Origin: a virus
Lineage: Duplodnaviria > Heunggongvirae > Uroviricota > Caudoviricetes
IMG/VR virus record: IMGVR_UViG_2706795377_000001
Coordinates: 116,360 to 134,270 of that record
Length of the DNA stretch: 17,911 nucleotides
Reading direction: 5' to 3' (one strand)
The notes under the pieces were generated by a model. It saw nothing but the letters and a program-made list of their open reading frames with translations, was not told where the DNA came from and searched no databases. Position 1 is the stretch's first letter. Every line of letters begins with the position of its first letter. The position numbers and the translations under genes were made by a program. Of the stretch, positions 14,836 through 17,911 are shown one piece after another.

Positions 14836-15456
14836 TTAGACTGCAATTCTTCCATCAACAAAAAATTCCCATTCATTGATTTCGCATATTTCTATGAAAT
14901 TTCCTTCTGAATAATATGTTTGCATATCTTTTTCACATGCCAAAAGCCACCCATTAAGACATTCGTACATCAATTCTTTAAATGTCGTATGTTTGCATGG
15001 TTTTTTAAGGAAATCATAAATAGGTTTCAAAATAGATTCATCCATATAATAACCTGTTAAGACGCAAGACGTTTCAAATGTTACTTTTGAGTATCTTTGT
15101 TTTAACTTGCCTATATTTGGATTGTTTAAGCTTTTTTCTTTCTTGCTCCAAAGAGAATAATACTTTCCTTTGAAAAGTTGATTGTAATAATTGTTGTAGA
15201 TATATGTAGCAAGACGAACGCCTGTCATTTCTTCTATTTCATCACTTTCAAGAAATGTAAAGCTGATATGACTGCCACAACCGCTATAATACCAAGTATC
15301 AACTTTGATTGGGAATATGGTTTCAAAAACATTTAGCGTCTTTTCATTTTCCTCACTGGGAAGATATTCACTATCGCACCATTCATGTAAGGCTTTTGCT
15401 TTTGCCTTGTTACTTAATTCGTCATAGTTATAAATACCAACCTTAATCGTTCTCAT
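14836..15456 (-). CDS. Conserved-looking phage hypothetical protein, 206 aa (MRTIKVGIYNYDELS.KAK.KA...EWEF..DG)
   Basis: AAAGGGG RBS, ATG 15456, downstream of motif copy 12; the track extension to 15600 crosses the motif. Confidence 0.8.
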   Translation of the reverse strand: MRTIKVGIYNYDELSNKAKAKALHEWCDSEYLPSEENEKTLNVFETIFPIKVDTWYYSGCGSHISFTFLESDEIEEMTGVRLATYIYNNYYNQLFKGKYYSLWSKKEKSLNNPNIGKLKQRYSKVTFETSCVLTGYYMDESILKPIYDFLKKPCKHTTFKELMYECLNGWLLACEKDMQTYYSEGNFIEICEINEWEFFVDGRIAV

Positions 15457-15487
15457 GTTCATTTCCCCTTTTTTCCTTTTTGTCTTA

Positions 15488-15523
15488 CATATATTAATGT
15501 AAAGTTGAACAAGAAAAACACAC
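15488..15523 (-). promoter_or_regulatory. 36-bp repeated promoter-like element, copy 12
   Basis: catatattaatgtaa agttgaacaaga aaaacacac. Confidence 0.75.
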
Positions 15524-15578
15524 GTTAAAATAAAATATTTTAGTATACCATTTGAAACTGAATAAGGGGAATGACGAA

Positions 15579-15908
15579 TCATTCCCCTGTAAAATACCAT
15601 GTAATTAGTTCATCATCTGTATGATGGTACATAACTTCCACTTTCAAGCCTACCATTTTCTTATAGGCGTTCAGTTTATCTTTGCTGTATGTATCTAGGC
15701 TCCAATCAAGAACCCATTCACCGCCTTCGGCATCTTTTTCAGATACAAGCCAATAGGCTCCATTCTCATAAATAACATTAGCAATTAGGACTTGCTTATA
15801 AGCTAAGTCATGTACGTTTTTAATCGGTGTAACAGGTTTGCAAGCGTATACGCTAGATGCACCAAACAGGATAGTTAATGTAAAAACTAAAGAGAGAATT
15901 TTTTTCAT
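15579..15908 (-). CDS. Secreted protein with Sec-type signal peptide, 109 aa
   Basis: MKKILSLVFTLTILFGASSVYA: basic N-region, hydrophobic core, VYA cleavage motif; AAGGGA RBS after motif copy 13. Confidence 0.75.
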   Translation of the reverse strand: MKKILSLVFTLTILFGASSVYACKPVTPIKNVHDLAYKQVLIANVIYENGAYWLVSEKDAEGGEWVLDWSLDTYSKDKLNAYKKMVGLKVEVMYHHTDDELITWYFTGE

Positions 15909-15923
15909 ATTGTTCGTTCCCTT

Positions 15924-15959
15924 CATATAATAATGTAAAACAACGTGAGAAAATCCCAC
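15924..15959 (-). promoter_or_regulatory. 36-bp repeated promoter-like element, copy 13
   Basis: catataataatgtaa aacaacgtgaga aaatcccac. Confidence 0.7.
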
Positions 15960-15974
15960 GTTGTTCCGAACCTT

Positions 15975-16247
15975 TTATGCAGATTTAAAGTAGCCTTCTT
16001 TATACCATGCTGGACATTCTTCCTTGTTTTTGTATTGCGCATAATAACGAGCAGATGAATAGTAGGGTTTTTTAGAAGTGATATTGACATATTTCATATC
16101 AGAACGATTATTTGCGTTTTCTGCGACTGTGCATGCTTCATAGTAGGAATCGCACTCGAAAACTAGTTTGTTGATTCTTCCACTTGCTCTACCCCAACCA
16201 GACATAAATTTGTCAGTCATTGTTACATAGTATTTTCTGTTTTCCAT
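15975..16247 (-). CDS. Hypothetical protein, 90 aa (YYVTMTDKFMSGWG motif)
   Basis: AAAGGGG RBS after motif copy 14. Confidence 0.8.
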   Translation of the reverse strand: MENRKYYVTMTDKFMSGWGRASGRINKLVFECDSYYEACTVAENANNRSDMKYVNITSKKPYYSSARYYAQYKNKEECPAWYKEGYFKSA

Positions 16248-16275
16248 TGTTTAATTTCCCCTTTCGATTATCCTT

Positions 16276-16311
16276 CATTTATTAATGTAAAGTTGAACTA
16301 TAAAATCACAC
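16276..16311 (-). promoter_or_regulatory. 36-bp repeated promoter-like element, copy 14
   Basis: catttattaatgtaa agttgaactata aaatcacac. Confidence 0.75.
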
Positions 16312-16332
16312 GTTTGTGTTAAAAAATACTAC

Positions 16333-16503
16333 CTAAATTCTTTCCGCCATATATTCAAAGTGGTCTATCTCTTCTATTTCTGCCTCATAACCATGTTCAG
16401 TCATTAGCCACATTTCTATGCTTGAAAAAGAGCCTTTCGCGCTATGGAGAAAAATTCCCCTGTTAGTAATAACGCGAAAATATCTTGCTGGAATTTTTCT
16501 CAT
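16333..16503 (-). CDS. Hypothetical protein, 56 aa (MRKIPARYFRVITNRG...EHGYEAEIEEIDHFEYMAERI; not in ORF track)
   Basis: GAGGAG RBS immediately after motif copy 15; ATG 16503 to TAG 16333. Confidence 0.65.
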   Translation of the reverse strand: MRKIPARYFRVITNRGIFLHSAKGSFSSIEMWLMTEHGYEAEIEEIDHFEYMAERI

Positions 16504-16518
16504 AGCTCAATATCTCCT

Positions 16519-16554
16519 CATATAGTAATGTAAAATTGAATCAAGAAATCACAC
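16519..16554 (-). promoter_or_regulatory. 36-bp repeated promoter-like element, copy 15
   Basis: catatagtaatgtaa aattgaatcaag aaatcacac. Confidence 0.75.
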
Positions 16555-16589
16555 ATAAATTATTATTTTTTTATTTTGCTTTGGTGAAT

Positions 16590-17228
16590 CTACTCTCGCA
16601 TATATGCTTGTAATTTGAATTCAATGCGCTTGTAAATGCGGTCGCATCTTTGCCCCATGATAATATCAATATCCCTCTTCTTGGTATCTTGCATCATAAG
16701 AGAAAGAACTTTCTTCTCTGTCTCGCTGAACATTGAAGCTATGTCAACGCGCTCATTGATTTTATCAGCAAAATTTCCTGCAATTGACTTTTCTTGAATA
16801 GTGCGAACATCTTTTCTATTTTGGACTGCCTTCATCCCTTTAATGACTGTTTCTTTTCTGGTATATGTAACAGTTAAACGCTTTTCGCGTGTGTAACTGA
16901 TTTCTTTTTCATTTCTAGTGTAGCTAATAGTTTGTTCTGTAATGCTCTCATAACTGTCTTCGATTTCAATTTGCTCTGTATCCCATAAGGGAGCAAGTCG
17001 TTTTAAACGATTTACTTCATTGCGTGTAATGTTTTGAATAGTATAGTAGATAGTTGTATATGGATTTCCTTCTACTTCCATTCTGCCTTCCATTGCTTTG
17101 ACGAACACCTCATTGACAATATCTTCATAAGACATAACTGCTGATAGTCCAAGGCGTGAAGCAATTTGTTTCTTAGCCATTTTCTCAACTGCTTTAATGT
17201 TTGCGGTCAAAAATTCAACTGTTTTCAT
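16590..17228 (-). CDS. Divergent ECF-like sigma-70 family RNA polymerase sigma factor, 212 aa
   Basis: Region 2-like YEDIVNEVFVKAME...YTTIYYTIQNITRNEVNRLKR (compare ECF AEDLVQEVFLKAW...FSTWLYRIARN...DYLRK); region 4-like FSETEKKVLSLMMQDTKKRDIDIIMG...RIYKRIEFKL; AGGGG RBS. Confidence 0.6.
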   Translation of the reverse strand: MKTVEFLTANIKAVEKMAKKQIASRLGLSAVMSYEDIVNEVFVKAMEGRMEVEGNPYTTIYYTIQNITRNEVNRLKRLAPLWDTEQIEIEDSYESITEQTISYTRNEKEISYTREKRLTVTYTRKETVIKGMKAVQNRKDVRTIQEKSIAGNFADKINERVDIASMFSETEKKVLSLMMQDTKKRDIDIIMGQRCDRIYKRIEFKLQAYMRE

Positions 17229-17289
17229 AATTTTAATTTCCCCTATTCCTTTTTTATTTGGCTTTCGTTACAACCTGTTCCCTAGCAGG

Positions 17290-17424
17290 CTATCGAACAA
17301 TAATGTTTCGGTCTAGCTTTACCATATCGTATTTTGTAAGTGCTACACCTTGCATAACAATCTGTCTTTGCTTTGGCTTCTGCTGTTGTTTGTAAACCAT
17401 TTCTAGTTTTTCTTGGAGTGACAT
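17290..17424 (-). CDS. Small ORF, 44 aa (MSLQEKLEMVYKQQQKPKQRQ...), first gene of the sigma operon (not in ORF track)
   Basis: AAGGAGA RBS, ATG 17424, TAG 17290. Confidence 0.6.
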   Translation of the reverse strand: MSLQEKLEMVYKQQQKPKQRQIVMQGVALTKYDMVKLDRNIIVR

Positions 17425-17475
17425 TTTTTGTTTTTCTCCTTTTGTTTTTGTTTTGTGTTCGCTTTGCTTAACTTA

Positions 17476-17504
17476 ATGATAAGCCCCAAATAAAGTACAG
17501 TCAA
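17476..17504 (-). promoter_or_regulatory. sigmaA-type promoter TTGACT-N17-TATCAT for the small ORF and sigma gene
   Basis: Minus strand ttgact gtactttatttggggct tatcat. Confidence 0.7.
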
Positions 17505-17631
17505 TAAAAATATTTATTCATTTTTCCTTTAATATAATTGAGAAAAATGAAAAGACACACCAAACAAAAAATAAATTTTTGTAGGTGTGTTCGACTCGTC
17601 AGGCATTGAATTATAAGGGACGAAACGACTT

Positions 17632-17667
17632 CATATATTAATGTAAAACAGACACACAAAAACACAC
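17632..17667 (-). promoter_or_regulatory. 36-bp repeated promoter-like element, copy 16
   Basis: catatattaatgtaa aacagacacaca aaaacacac; upstream of the sigma operon. Confidence 0.75.
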
Positions 17668-17878
17668 GCACATAGGAGAAAAAATCAAAATGAATAAATA
17701 TGCATTTTTGATGCATAAAAATACATTTACATAAAATACCATTCTAATTGATAATGATTTTCGATTTCATTTTCATAATGGTTTTCATTTCCATTGAGAG
17801 TGATTATCATTCTATTTTCACATAACTAGAATTCTGTGAACGGTTTTTAAGGTGGTACGGGGGGTGGTTTACAGGAAA

Positions 17879-17901
17879 ATATTGATAATGATTATCAATA
17901 T
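17879..17901. promoter_or_regulatory. Perfect Fur-box-like palindrome (TGATAATgATTATCA inside an 11-1-11 IR)
   Basis: atattgataat-g-attatcaatat; weaker copies at 17749-17763, 17773-17787 and 17795-17809. Confidence 0.55.
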
Positions 17902-17911
17902 CGGCACGAAC

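Noticed and set aside
7321-15959. Long N-terminal extensions in the ORF track (starts 7480, 7996, 8609, 14487, 15600, 15959)
   Set aside because: They run through or start within the promoter-like element or lack an RBS; downstream ATGs have well-spaced RBSs.
16333-16503. Apparent frameshifted pseudogene after motif copy 15
   Set aside because: On careful re-reading the frame is intact (56 aa).
5226-17667. CRISPR array interpretation of the 36-bp repeats
   Set aside because: Copies are hundreds to thousands of bp apart, separated by genes, have a variable 12-nt centre, and no cas genes are present.
5226-17667. Host sporulation sigma (sigmaG/E/K) promoters, because CATTA(A/C)TA resembles CATWMTA
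   Set aside because: The GTGTG block and its spacing do not fit the recalled -35 consensus of these sigmas; not excluded experimentally but less parsimonious.
5794-17716. Plus-strand track ORFs 5794-6006, 7064-7363, 8861-9052, 11771-11986, 12070-12363, 17501-17716
   Set aside because: Antisense to a uniformly minus-strand gene array; no RBS support.
1-17911. tRNA, rRNA, IS/transposase, reverse transcriptase, structural phage genes
   Set aside because: No recognisable signatures seen by eye.

Overview
AT-rich region of a large Bacillus-type (SPbeta-like) temperate phage or prophage, almost all transcribed on the minus strand. Left part (1-5100): start of a replication-type gene, a gene behind a LexA box, a divergent XRE regulator with a membrane protein, and an SPbeta sro-like lysogeny core made of a standalone DUF262 protein (YopQ/SroE-like) and a recombinase-fold repressor (YopR/MrpR-like). 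No aimR/aimP arbitrium genes are visible next to this core. Right part (5200-17700): about 35 small accessory ORFs organised by 16 co-oriented copies of a 36-bp element with fixed geometry (minus strand GTGTG[A/T]TTT-N12-TTACATTAATATATG). The element looks like a non-sigmaA promoter and often has a terminator hairpin just upstream. At the head of the array is a divergent ECF-like sigma-70 factor gene with a canonical sigmaA promoter, a candidate cognate sigma for the element. One motif-driven unit holds three stacked hairpins, two with C-rich loops (candidate anti-Shine-Dalgarno sRNA; G-quadruplex motif on the plus strand). The window ends in a cluster of Fur-box-like sites. All family assignments come from motif recognition by eye and from memory, not database searches.
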